Shown: in pieces, positions 17,414-24,379 of the stretch
How the letters are laid out: every line of letters starts with the position of its first letter
How positions within the stretch are numbered: the first letter of the stretch is position 1
Assembly (NCBI GenBank): GCA_041613275.1
Contig: JBFJHN010000001.1
Coordinates: forward strand, 1 to 47,631
From: Candidatus Krumholzibacteriia bacterium
GTDB lineage: Bacteria > Krumholzibacteriota > Krumholzibacteriia > G020349025
Reading direction: 5' to 3'
DNA: 47,631 bases
The notes under the pieces: model-generated
Told to the model about the DNA's origin: nothing
What the model saw: the letters and a program-made list of their open reading frames with translations, nothing else
Databases searched by the model: none
Program-made: the position numbers and the translations under genes

Positions 17414-18471
17414 AGAAGAGAACCCTTGCGATCGTGGCGCTGCTCGCTGCTGCGCTCGTGCTCACCGGAGCGCGGCGCGAGATCGACACGAAGATCACCA
17501 TTTCGCAGCTGCCCACTACGTGCGAGCTGTCGCGGCTCTACACCATCACGGACGGCGCGACGCCCTCGGACACGGCGACGGGCGGCGGCAGCCACGAGCA
17601 CGCGGTCGTGTGCGTGACCGAGAACCCTGCCGCGTATCAAGCGGTGCTGATGTATACCGGCGACGTCGCCGTGATCGGTCATCCGAGCGCTTCTGGCGCG
17701 CGGCTCTCGCAAGTCTTGGAGACGGTGAGCGGCAGCGGGTTCGGCGGCGCTGCGCTTTCGACGTTCGCCTCCGTGGCGGGGCAGTCGACACTCGTCGACA
17801 TCAACCGGTCACGCTCCGCGACGAAGGGCACGCATACGATCGTGCAGTCTGGCGACACACTCGGCATCATCGCGTTTCGCGGATCGAACGGCACGTCGTT
17901 CGACAACGCGGCGGCGATTCAAGCTCTCGTCGGTGCCACCCCCGGAGCGTCGTCTGACATGCCGGGGCAACTGGAGTTTCAGACCGTGCCCGACAACTCG
18001 GGAACGCTCACGACTCGCATGACGATCAACAACGCGGGGCGGGTGCTGATCGGCTCTGGTAGTACGCTCGACGCGCTGCTTCACGTTCGGAACGTCGCGT
18101 CGGGCGACGTGACGGCGCTGGTCGATCACACCGGCACGACCGGGACCGACAACGCGCGACTGTTCGCGCGAGTGAGCGGCGGCTCGGGCGGCGATCCGAT
18201 CACGGTCTACAACGTGACCGGCGTCACGAACTGGTCGAGCGGCGTCGACAACTCGGAGTCGGACTCGTTCATCATCGCCAACGCAGCGGCGCCCGGAACC
18301 AACAACCGCTTCACGATCACAACCGCTTCAGTCTTCCGCTTCGCGACACTCGCGACGGCCCCGGGCACCTGCTCGATCGGCGACTTCTACGTCGACACGA
18401 GCGGCGCTTACTGCGCTTGCGGCGCGACGAACACATGGTCGAACATGATCGCTACGGGGAGCTGCGCATGA
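17410..18471 (+). CDS. tail-fibre-like protein with N-terminal signal/anchor-like hydrophobic segment and Cys-rich C-terminus
   Basis: GTGA overlap. N-terminus MKKRTLAIVALLAAALVLTGA. Internal fibre-type motif GQLEFQTVPDNSGTLTTRMTINNAGRVLIGSG. C-terminus CSIGDFYVDTSGAYCACGATNTWSNMIATGSCA. Confidence 0.55.
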   Translation: MKKRTLAIVALLAAALVLTGARREIDTKITISQLPTTCELSRLYTITDGATPSDTATGGGSHEHAVVCVTENPAAYQAVLMYTGDVAVIGHPSASGARLSQVLETVSGSGFGGAALSTFASVAGQSTLVDINRSRSATKGTHTIVQSGDTLGIIAFRGSNGTSFDNAAAIQALVGATPGASSDMPGQLEFQTVPDNSGTLTTRMTINNAGRVLIGSGSTLDALLHVRNVASGDVTALVDHTGTTGTDNARLFARVSGGSGGDPITVYNVTGVTNWSSGVDNSESDSFIIANAAAPGTNNRFTITTASVFRFATLATAPGTCSIGDFYVDTSGAYCACGATNTWSNMIATGSCA

Positions 18472-18953
18472 TCTGCTTTCAGTCAATCCGACGACTCGCC
18501 CTTGCCGTTCTGCTCGGCGTGCTACTCGCAGCTCCGACAGCGCTCGCCAGTCATCACGAGTGGGCGGTGATGGAAGCGACAATTCTCACCGTCGAGCGCG
18601 ACCGCGACATCGGCATCTCGTCGGTCGATGCGCGGCTCGGTATTCTCTCTGACCTCTCGACGATCGAGCCGGAGACGTGGCCCTTCGTCTACGGCAACGC
18701 GGCGAAAGAGCGCGGTCCGATTCGCGTCGCGTTTCTCGACTCGTACTTGAGCTGCAACGGGCCGCCAGAGCCGGGGACGAAGCAAGAGCAGGGTCCGATT
18801 CGACCGCTACTGCGAGAGGGTGCGCGCGTCGTGATGTCGGTAAAGGGCTCGCCGGTTCGTCGCCTTCTGCGACCGTGGCGCAGGGACGGCACCGTGTTCA
18901 CGATGCGGCTGCTCCTTCGCGTCAACGGTGAAGTCGTGTGGGAGTCGGAGTGA
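18468..18953 (+). CDS. hypothetical secreted protein (161 aa, Sec-type signal peptide)
   Basis: ATG 18468 overlaps TGA (ATGA). N-terminus MICFQSIRRLALAVLLGVLLAAPTALASH. No catalytic motif recognised. Confidence 0.6.
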   Translation: MICFQSIRRLALAVLLGVLLAAPTALASHHEWAVMEATILTVERDRDIGISSVDARLGILSDLSTIEPETWPFVYGNAAKERGPIRVAFLDSYLSCNGPPEPGTKQEQGPIRPLLREGARVVMSVKGSPVRRLLRPWRRDGTVFTMRLLLRVNGEVVWESE

Positions 18954-19429
18954 CACACGTCGGCTCGTTGGTCGCGCTGCTGTCAGGAATCGCGAGTTCT
19001 CTTGCACTCGTGCTCTTGAGCGGACTCGCGATCGCGCAAGACTTCGGAAGCTCTCTCTTCGTTCCAGCTTCAGAAGTCGCGCGGCTCGCGAAGGGAGACT
19101 CGACGGCAGTGTGGGCGGTGTACCTTCTAACAGCAGTGCTTGCAGCTCTCGGCGCTACGGCTGCTGTGCTCGGTCGCGCGGTCCTGCGCCGATGGGAAGA
19201 GCACGAGTCGCATCAGACGCGAGCCATCGCGGCGATCACGGCGATGAACACGACGACGCAGTCGATGGTGACGGCGGCTTTCCTGACGGCGCGCGCAGCT
19301 GGCGCGGGCGAAGTCCCTCCAGAGGTGGCCGCGTTCATGGAAGAGACATCGCGCGCACTTCGGGAACAGCGCGAGTCGTTGCAGCGCGTCTTCAGTTCTC
19401 AGGGTGGTGGTAGTGGTGGAAGAAGATAG
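18950..19429 (+). CDS. membrane protein with two predicted TMDs and charged C-terminus (holin candidate)
   Basis: GTG 18950 overlaps TGA 18951-18953 and is preceded by GGGAGTCGGAG. TMDs are SLVALLSGIASSLALVLLSGLAIA and AVWAVYLLTAVLAALGATAAVLG. Last gene of the rightward late block. Confidence 0.5.
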   Translation: MTHVGSLVALLSGIASSLALVLLSGLAIAQDFGSSLFVPASEVARLAKGDSTAVWAVYLLTAVLAALGATAAVLGRAVLRRWEEHESHQTRAIAAITAMNTTTQSMVTAAFLTARAAGAGEVPPEVAAFMEETSRALREQRESLQRVFSSQGGGSGGRR

Positions 19430-19431
19430 GC

Positions 19432-19457
19432 GGGAGAGCCGCCGTCGCGGCTCCCCC
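19432..19457. terminator. GC-rich hairpin between convergent gene blocks (stem GAGCCGC/GCGGCTC, loop CGTC, flanked by GGG/CCCC)
   Basis: Read directly. Begins 3 nt after the TAG at 19427-19429. No U-tract on either strand. Confidence 0.45.
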
Positions 19458-19461
19458 GGTT

Positions 19462-19484
19462 GAGTCTGGCGATTAAACAGACTC
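19462..19484. terminator. second hairpin in the convergent gap (GAGTCTG / CAGACTC, 9-nt loop)
   Basis: Perfect 7-bp inverted repeat. Overlaps the TAA (19475-19473) of the minus-strand gene. Confidence 0.35.
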
Positions 19485-19904
19485 GGAGTGTGGTTGAGAG
19501 ATGGACGCGCGATCTTCCGACAGCATGCCGGGGTGGCGCGATTTGTCGCGGTCACGAGTGAAAGTGACCGGTGGGGAAAGGCGGCGGTACTTGCCCATAG
19601 CGACGAGACGTCTCTCGTATTGGTAACCGCCGCTGTTGGAAAGCGGATGGTCTCTGCCGAGATAGACGGTCCAGTTCCCGTCCGAAGCTCGGCGGCAGCG
19701 TCGCGGGATAACGCCGCCGCGCATGATGATGTGACTCGCGTGCATCTTCGGCACTCGGATGAACAGGCCGCCCATGTGCTTGTAGATGACGCACTCTTCG
19801 CGCGTGGCGTAGAGAATGGTCGCGGTAGCTTCTGGAATGTCGAACAAGTGCCGCACGATGCGCCCCGGCACGTGCACGCGCGGGTCGAGTCGACGCTTTC
19901 GCAT
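19473..19904 (-). CDS. hypothetical protein (143 aa) with degenerate HNH-associated motif
   Basis: ATG 19904 preceded by GGGAGAG. High GC3. The segment YLGRDHPLSNSGGYQYERRLVAMGKY resembles the ..HP.A...GYV.EHRLVM.. region of HNH_3-type endonucleases, but His is replaced by Arg and the downstream HNH half is absent. Confidence 0.5.
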   Translation of the reverse strand: MRKRRLDPRVHVPGRIVRHLFDIPEATATILYATREECVIYKHMGGLFIRVPKMHASHIIMRGGVIPRRCRRASDGNWTVYLGRDHPLSNSGGYQYERRLVAMGKYRRLSPPVTFTRDRDKSRHPGMLSEDRASISQPHSESV

Positions 19905-19923
19905 CGGCTCTCCCTGCACGCGC

Positions 19924-20256
19924 CTACCCAAGCTCGACCTCGTGTACGTCGACCGCGATCGGCGCGAGCGGTCGCATCATTGGTCTCGGCGCGTACTCGA
20001 TGACGTGCCAGAGCGTCAGGTCCTCTTGCGCGGTCGCGACGTACACCCATCCGTCATCGGCGACGAAGGGTCCGGTCTTGAGCTTGAACGTGCGCGCGTC
20101 GATCTCTTCTACCGACTCGTCAACGACGAACGTCAGCTTCACGCAGCGCAAGCAGTACGCAGCGTGAACGCAGCGCGCGCTGTACGGCAACCCGACCGCG
20201 ATCTGCGCCGTGGTGGCGCTCTCGACGTCGAGCTTCACTTCGATGACTCTGTTCAT
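19924..20256 (-). CDS. hypothetical protein (110 aa)
   Basis: ATG 20256 preceded by AGGAGAGAGA. Begins MNRVIEVKLDVESATTAQIAVGLPYSARCVHAAYCLRC... The longer ORF-track version (to 20394) has an Arg-rich, non-coding-looking N-terminus. Confidence 0.6.
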   Translation of the reverse strand: MNRVIEVKLDVESATTAQIAVGLPYSARCVHAAYCLRCVKLTFVVDESVEEIDARTFKLKTGPFVADDGWVYVATAQEDLTLWHVIEYAPRPMMRPLAPIAVDVHEVELG

Positions 20257-20307
20257 GCGTTTCTCTCTCCTGTTCTGACGGCGCAGAGCGCCTATTCTGC
20301 GAGTTCT

Positions 20308-20340
20308 GCCCCGGCAAGCTTTTGGATAGCCTGCCGGGGC
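20308..20340 (-). terminator. 9-bp perfect hairpin (GCCCCGGCA / TGCCGGGGC, 15-nt loop) in the only gap of the leftward operon's distal part
   Basis: Read directly. Lies between the 81-aa gene (ends 20351) and the 110-aa gene (starts 20256). No U-tract follows on the minus strand, so its role (attenuator, processing site or terminator) is uncertain. Confidence 0.3.
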
Positions 20341-20350
20341 CGATCGTCGC

Positions 20351-20596
20351 TTAGAGAGCCATTTCGGCTCTGATCTGTTCTCGTACGAAAGCATGCGCGG
20401 TGAGTCCGCACCCTACCGTCACGAGCGCGGCTTCGGTAGTGCTCCGGCACTCGTTCATCGTGCAGTCACACGTGAACTTGAGAAGTGCCGATTCGACGAT
20501 GAGAACGGCGAGATCGGACTTGCTCATGCCGTCGCGAAGAATCAGTCGATTGACCTCTTCGAGCGCGTCGGCGATGTTCTCGACGGTCGGTCTCAT
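20351..20596 (-). CDS. hypothetical protein (81 aa)
   Basis: ATG 20596 overlaps the upstream stop (ATGA) and is preceded by GGGAG. Begins MRPTVENIADALEEVNRLILRDGMSKSDLAVLIVESALL... Confidence 0.6.
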   Translation of the reverse strand: MRPTVENIADALEEVNRLILRDGMSKSDLAVLIVESALLKFTCDCTMNECRSTTEAALVTVGCGLTAHAFVREQIRAEMAL

Positions 20597-20847
20597 GGCG
20601 TGCTCCCGAGATGCTCGTCGAGCCATTCGGTCTCGGCTGTGAGCGCTTCGGAGCGCTTGTCGAACGGTCCGAGCAGCTCGCCGCTCATCGGTGACATGTC
20701 GGCAGTCCAGCGTCCGTCTTCGGTCGGCTCGACGTGCGACGCTCGGCGAACGGTCATCGCTCCGAGCGCGCGCGCGAGTCGCGGCGTGTCGACGGCTTCG
20801 GTGTAGATGAACTGAATGAGTCCATCGGGTGTGATCGCGATTCTCAC
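20593..20847 (-). CDS. conserved-looking hypothetical protein (84 aa; RASHVEP..W.ADM motif)
   Basis: GTG 20847 overlaps the upstream TGA (GTGA), 6 nt after GGAGGT. Sequence VRIAITPDGLIQFIYTEAVDTPRLARALGAMTVRRASHVEPTEDGRWTADMSPMSGELLGPFDKRSEALTAETEWL recalls a small family seen in other phages (from memory; function unknown). Confidence 0.6.
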   Translation of the reverse strand: MRIAITPDGLIQFIYTEAVDTPRLARALGAMTVRRASHVEPTEDGRWTADMSPMSGELLGPFDKRSEALTAETEWLDEHLGSTP

Positions 20848-21005
20848 GACCACACCTCCAAGCACGGCAGACAGAGCCATCTACCGCGACGCTGAGCGAC
20901 CGCCGCGACGACGGTCGACTTGAGATCGACGCAGCGCTTGCAGATCGGCTTGTCGAACTGCTTACGCTTGCGACGCTTGCGGTTGCCGCTGGTCTTCTTC
21001 TTCAT
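20844..21005 (-). CDS. small basic zinc-ribbon protein (53 aa)
   Basis: ATG 21005 overlaps the upstream stop (ATGA), with GGAGACG as SD. Sequence MKKKTSGNRKRRKRKQFDKPICKRCVDLKS...WLCLPCLEVWS contains two CxxC pairs. Confidence 0.55.
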   Translation of the reverse strand: MKKKTSGNRKRRKRKQFDKPICKRCVDLKSTVVAAVAQRRGRWLCLPCLEVWS

Positions 21006-21187
21006 CGCTGGTTCGTCTCCAGATTTGTCTGTTCGTTGTAGAACTCGGGCTTGCGCTCGCGCGAGCTTTCCGCTCCGAGCGCTTGTTCGATCGCGCGCGT
21101 GGCGTCTTCGCAGCTCGACCCTTCGAAGCCGTTCGCTTCGATCTGCACGCGACCCTGCTTGTCGATGGTGGCTGTGATCGTCTTCAT
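21002..21187 (-). CDS. DUF2997-family protein (61 aa)
   Basis: ATG 21187 overlaps the upstream stop, with a GGGGGGAG SD. MKTITATIDKQGRVQIEANGFEGSSCEDATRAIEQALGAESSRERKPEFY matches my recollection of the DUF2997 consensus (..I..dG.V...v.G..G.sC...t..le..lG......T.Ey). Confidence 0.65.
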   Translation of the reverse strand: MKTITATIDKQGRVQIEANGFEGSSCEDATRAIEQALGAESSRERKPEFYNEQTNLETNQR

Positions 21188-21381
21188 GCTGTAGCTCCCC
21201 CCATTGCTTGCACCCAAGCGATGTCTTCTTCGGTCGCGCGTCGCACGAGCGGGTCGTTGGCGGTTCCCACCTCTGCAGTGAATTGCTTGATGGCGGAGCG
21301 CTTGCTCCGGTACCAGCGGATGCCACAGCCGAGATCGCTCTGCACGTAGTAGGCGCGCAGTCCGTCCTTCGTGAGCTTCAC
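21184..21381 (-). CDS. hypothetical protein (65 aa)
   Basis: GTG 21381 overlaps the TGA of the DUF1257 gene (GTGA). Begins VKLTKDGLRAYYVQSDLGCGIRWYRSKRSAIKQFTAEVG... Confidence 0.5.
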   Translation of the reverse strand: MKLTKDGLRAYYVQSDLGCGIRWYRSKRSAIKQFTAEVGTANDPLVRRATEEDIAWVQAMGGATA

Positions 21382-21830
21382 CACGCACCCCCTTGCGAGA
21401 GCGTCAGCACGAGCGCGCCGTCTTCGTTGCGCTCTTCGTGCGTGACCGAGAACTCGTAGCCGATCGTCTCTTCGATGACGGCTTTCGCGTACTGCTGGCA
21501 CAGCTCGGAGCACTGCTTACCGACCTTCTCTTCGAGGCCGAAGCCGCCGCAGTAGAAGTCGTAAAGCAGCGTGTATCCCGGCTGTCCGTCGCGGCGCTTC
21601 ACGACGCCGATCTCGTACGCGTTCTTCTTGTCGGGAACGCGGAGCGCGTGCTCGCACTTGCCGAGATCGGTCGCCTTGAACCCATCCGGCAGCGGATAGT
21701 CGCCGACGTGGCGTCCGTACCAGCGGTACGTCTCTTTCCCTTCGGCGAACTCCAGGCCGCAGCGCTTGGCGGCAGTCTTGAGCGCGCTCAGGCTTGTGAT
21801 CTGAAGATTGACTTCGACGACGTGACTCAT
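21378..21830 (-). CDS. DUF1257 (Ycf35-like) family protein (150 aa)
   Basis: ATG 21830 overlaps the upstream stop, with an AGGAGG SD. MSHVVEVNLQITSLSALKTAAKRCGLEF...GYTLLYDFYCGGFGLEEKVGKQCSELCQQYAKAVIEE fits the DUF1257 pattern (MSH start, ..L.Q.YA.. C-terminal part). Confidence 0.75.
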   Translation of the reverse strand: MSHVVEVNLQITSLSALKTAAKRCGLEFAEGKETYRWYGRHVGDYPLPDGFKATDLGKCEHALRVPDKKNAYEIGVVKRRDGQPGYTLLYDFYCGGFGLEEKVGKQCSELCQQYAKAVIEETIGYEFSVTHEERNEDGALVLTLSQGGAW

Positions 21831-22513
21831 GCTGCGTCCTCCTGTCCGAGAATGGCGCATCGCGCCGCGTTCACTGAAGAGCGAGTGCCGACGTTGAGCA
21901 GGTCGTCGATCGTCTCTTGATTCGAGACGCGCGCGACGATCTGCTTGGCGATCTTGCGAGCCGACGCGACGGCGCGCTCGATCGAGCGCGCTTCTGGACT
22001 CTGCGCTTCGAGCACGCGGCTCGTCTGCTTGAGGCGGCTGGCGATGCGACGAATGTCTTTCACTTTGCCGGTCTCCATGGCGCGCTCCAGGTCGCGAAGC
22101 AGCTCGTCGAGTTCGGCGGCTACCGACTCGCGCGCTTCGCGATCGCTCTCGGCGATCTCGCCGCGAAGCACGCTGAAAGACACGTGGCTGTACTGCGCGC
22201 TGTCGTTGAACTCGGCGCACAGCGCTTGCGCTTCGGCGATCTTCTCGTCGAGCTGCTCGACGTTGTCGGTCGGGCAGATGATGCCGAACGGCGTCCAGAT
22301 GCTCACCGACTCGATGAGCGCACGCACGCGCGACTGCAGCTTCTTCGCCGCGTCGTACTCTTCGGCGTCGGTGATCTTGCGCTCGGTCTCCCACTTCGCG
22401 ATGTCGGTCGAGCCGTCGCGCTCGTGGTTGAGATCGACGCGCTCGTACTTGACGCCGCCGCGCAGCCGCGTCGACAACGCCACCAGCATGCCAGGGCGAA
22501 TCTTCTCGATCAT
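21827..22513 (-). CDS. hypothetical protein (228 aa), partly coiled-coil
   Basis: ORF-track 21827..22513, with ATGA overlaps at both ends. Begins MIEKIRPGMLVALSTRLRGGVKYERVDLNHERDGSTDIAKWETERKI... No motif recognised. Confidence 0.7.
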   Translation of the reverse strand: MIEKIRPGMLVALSTRLRGGVKYERVDLNHERDGSTDIAKWETERKITDAEEYDAAKKLQSRVRALIESVSIWTPFGIICPTDNVEQLDEKIAEAQALCAEFNDSAQYSHVSFSVLRGEIAESDREARESVAAELDELLRDLERAMETGKVKDIRRIASRLKQTSRVLEAQSPEARSIERAVASARKIAKQIVARVSNQETIDDLLNVGTRSSVNAARCAILGQEDAA

Positions 22514-22623
22514 GGTCTCTCTCCTTGGTCGTCAAGCGCGGCTTCGATGCCGCTGTCGCTCATCGTGAGCAGCGTTTCGAACGCTGCGCGGTAGCAGTCG
22601 CCGCTTCCGGTGGGGCCGCTCAT
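22510..22623 (-). CDS. micro-ORF (37 aa) coupled between AAA+ gene and 228-aa gene
   Basis: ATG 22623 overlaps the TGA of the AAA+ gene, and its own TGA overlaps ATG 22513. Sequence MSGPTGSGDCYRAAFETLLTMSDSGIEAALDDQGERP. Supported only by the double ATGA coupling. Confidence 0.4.
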   Translation of the reverse strand: MSGPTGSGDCYRAAFETLLTMSDSGIEAALDDQGERP

Positions 22624-24191
22624 TGGTCGAGCAGCGCGGCGCGCTGACTCCGCTTCGGTCGCGGCTTCTTCTTCTTGAGCGGCGTCGACGCCGGTCGCGT
22701 TCTGGACGACGCCCACTCGCGAAGGTCGGCGATGTCTGCCGCTCTCGACTTCGAGATCGGTGTCGTCGCGTCTGCGGCGGCGATGAGATCATCGGTCGAC
22801 AGCTCGCGCTCACCGTCTGCGAAAGCGCGGAACATGCCGCTCGGCACCAGCTCTGCTAGCTCTGCGCCGTTGAACTCGTGGCATGCGCTGACGACGGCTT
22901 CGAGATCGAAGTCGTCCGGGTTGCGCTTGAACTTCTTCAGCGTCGCTTCGAGAATCGCGACCGCTTCGACGTCGTTCGGCAAGTCCACGAAGAAGACGTC
23001 GTCGAACCGCCCCTTGCGGAACAGCTCTGGCGGCAGCGACGTGACGTCGTTCGCCGTGGCGATGACGAAGACCGGCTTCTCGTGCTCTTGCAGCCACGTG
23101 AGCACCGTTCCGAGAGCGTCGGAAGAGACGCCGCCGTCTTCGCGGCCCTTCGTGCTTCCGAGCGCTTTCTCGACTTCGTCGATCCAGAGCGCGCACGGCG
23201 CGACCGCTTCGGCGACGCGCAGCGCTTGGCGCAAGTTCGTCTCGCTGTCGCCGACGTACTTCGAGCGCAGCGCGCCGAAGTCCATGCGCAAGAGCGGGAT
23301 GTTCCACGCCGTAGGAATGGTCTTCGCGAGTAGCGACTTGCCGCATCCGGTCACGCCGAGCAGCAAGACGCCGCGCGGCGACGGCAGACCGTACGCGCGA
23401 GCCGACTCGGTGAGAGCCATCTTGCGCGACAGCGCCCACTCTTTGAACTCGTCGAGACCGCCGACCGCGTTCAGGCCGCGCGGGTCGGGGTCGAACCACG
23501 TGAGCACTTTCTCGCGGTCGATAATCTGGCGCTTCTGCTCGCTGACGACTTTCGGATCGACGACGCCGTCGCGCCTCTGCTTGCCGTTCATGGTCGCGAC
23601 GATCGAGTACGCGAAGGCCGACTCGGCGTCGATCGTGGTGAGTCCAGCGGCGGCGTCGACGACGTTCTCGCGTTCGCCGACGAGCTTCTTGCCGCTGAGC
23701 TTCAAGAAGTCATCGAGCAGCTCGCCGATCTGCTCGCGAGACGGAAGCGGCCATTCGATCGAGACCGTGCTCGGTCTCAGCGCTGGCGGGATGTCGCTCA
23801 CCGGAGTGAGCGCGACAACGGCGGCGAGCAGCTTCGGGTCGGATCCCTCTTGTAGATCGCGCGCAAGCGACTTCAGCATGCGCTCGATGCCGGGATCGCG
23901 CACCCACGGATGGACGTCGCGCAGAATCCATACTTCCTTGCGTGTGCGAGCGCGAATCCGCTTGACGACGTTCGGCAGTGACGGCGGTCCGTCTAGGTCG
24001 ACGGCGTCGCCGCTGTCGACTTCGGTCGCTCCGGTCGCGCAGTCCCACGCGATCGGCAAGTAGCCGCTCAGCTGCGCTTCGCGAGCGACCTCGTGCTCGA
24101 TGCGACGCTCTTCAGATGTAGTAATCCAGATGAACGTGTTCCGCGCTTTCAGATAGCAGCGGAAGCTCTTCTCCGGTTCGTTGGTCTTCAT
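22620..24191 (-). CDS. AAA+ ATPase, Ycf46-like (523 aa: ~250-aa N-domain plus classic-clade AAA module)
   Basis: Walker A GVTGCGKS, Walker B CALWIDEVEK, and IATANDVTSLPPELFRKGRFDDVFFVDLP (sensor-1/SRH). The whole C-terminal half parallels my recollection of cyanobacterial/plastid Ycf46. ATG 24191 was chosen because the upstream ORF-track extension is Arg-rich. Confidence 0.9.
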   Translation of the reverse strand: MKTNEPEKSFRCYLKARNTFIWITTSEERRIEHEVAREAQLSGYLPIAWDCATGATEVDSGDAVDLDGPPSLPNVVKRIRARTRKEVWILRDVHPWVRDPGIERMLKSLARDLQEGSDPKLLAAVVALTPVSDIPPALRPSTVSIEWPLPSREQIGELLDDFLKLSGKKLVGERENVVDAAAGLTTIDAESAFAYSIVATMNGKQRRDGVVDPKVVSEQKRQIIDREKVLTWFDPDPRGLNAVGGLDEFKEWALSRKMALTESARAYGLPSPRGVLLLGVTGCGKSLLAKTIPTAWNIPLLRMDFGALRSKYVGDSETNLRQALRVAEAVAPCALWIDEVEKALGSTKGREDGGVSSDALGTVLTWLQEHEKPVFVIATANDVTSLPPELFRKGRFDDVFFVDLPNDVEAVAILEATLKKFKRNPDDFDLEAVVSACHEFNGAELAELVPSGMFRAFADGERELSTDDLIAAADATTPISKSRAADIADLREWASSRTRPASTPLKKKKPRPKRSQRAALLDQ

Positions 24192-24289
24192 GGTTCGTTC
24201 TCTCTCTTGCCCTGCTTGCTTGACAAGCCGAAGCGAGCGCAGGTAACTTGCGCTTCGACGTCTCTCTCTCAATGATGCGTCAACGTTTT

Positions 24290-24326
24290 GGAGGGAGTCT
24301 CGGCATCGACCACCGAGACTCCCTCC
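24290..24326 (-). terminator. perfect 14-bp stem hairpin (GGAGGGAGTCTCGG / CCGAGACTCCCTCC, 9-nt loop) between the Zn-finger gene and the AAA+ gene
   Basis: Read directly. It is the strongest hairpin I found in the window. On the minus strand it is followed by AAAACG rather than a U-tract, so it could be a U-tract-less terminator, a processing site or a protein-binding site. Confidence 0.4.
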
Positions 24327-24379
24327 GACTCACTCTCCCCAACCGGCCCACCCTGGCGCGGTGATGCCGGTCTTCACTC

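Noticed and set aside
12567-18471. Diversity-generating retroelement targeting the LamG or fibre C-termini.
   Set aside because: There is no reverse transcriptase ORF in the window. I noticed no template/variable repeat pair (near-identical ~100-bp repeats differing at adenines).
24220-24249. TTGACA-N18-TAACTT on the plus strand, taken as a genuine promoter.
   Set aside because: It points antisense into minus-strand genes with no plus-strand ORF downstream, so it could be a chance match. I kept it only as a side note in the finding on the 24192-24379 gap.
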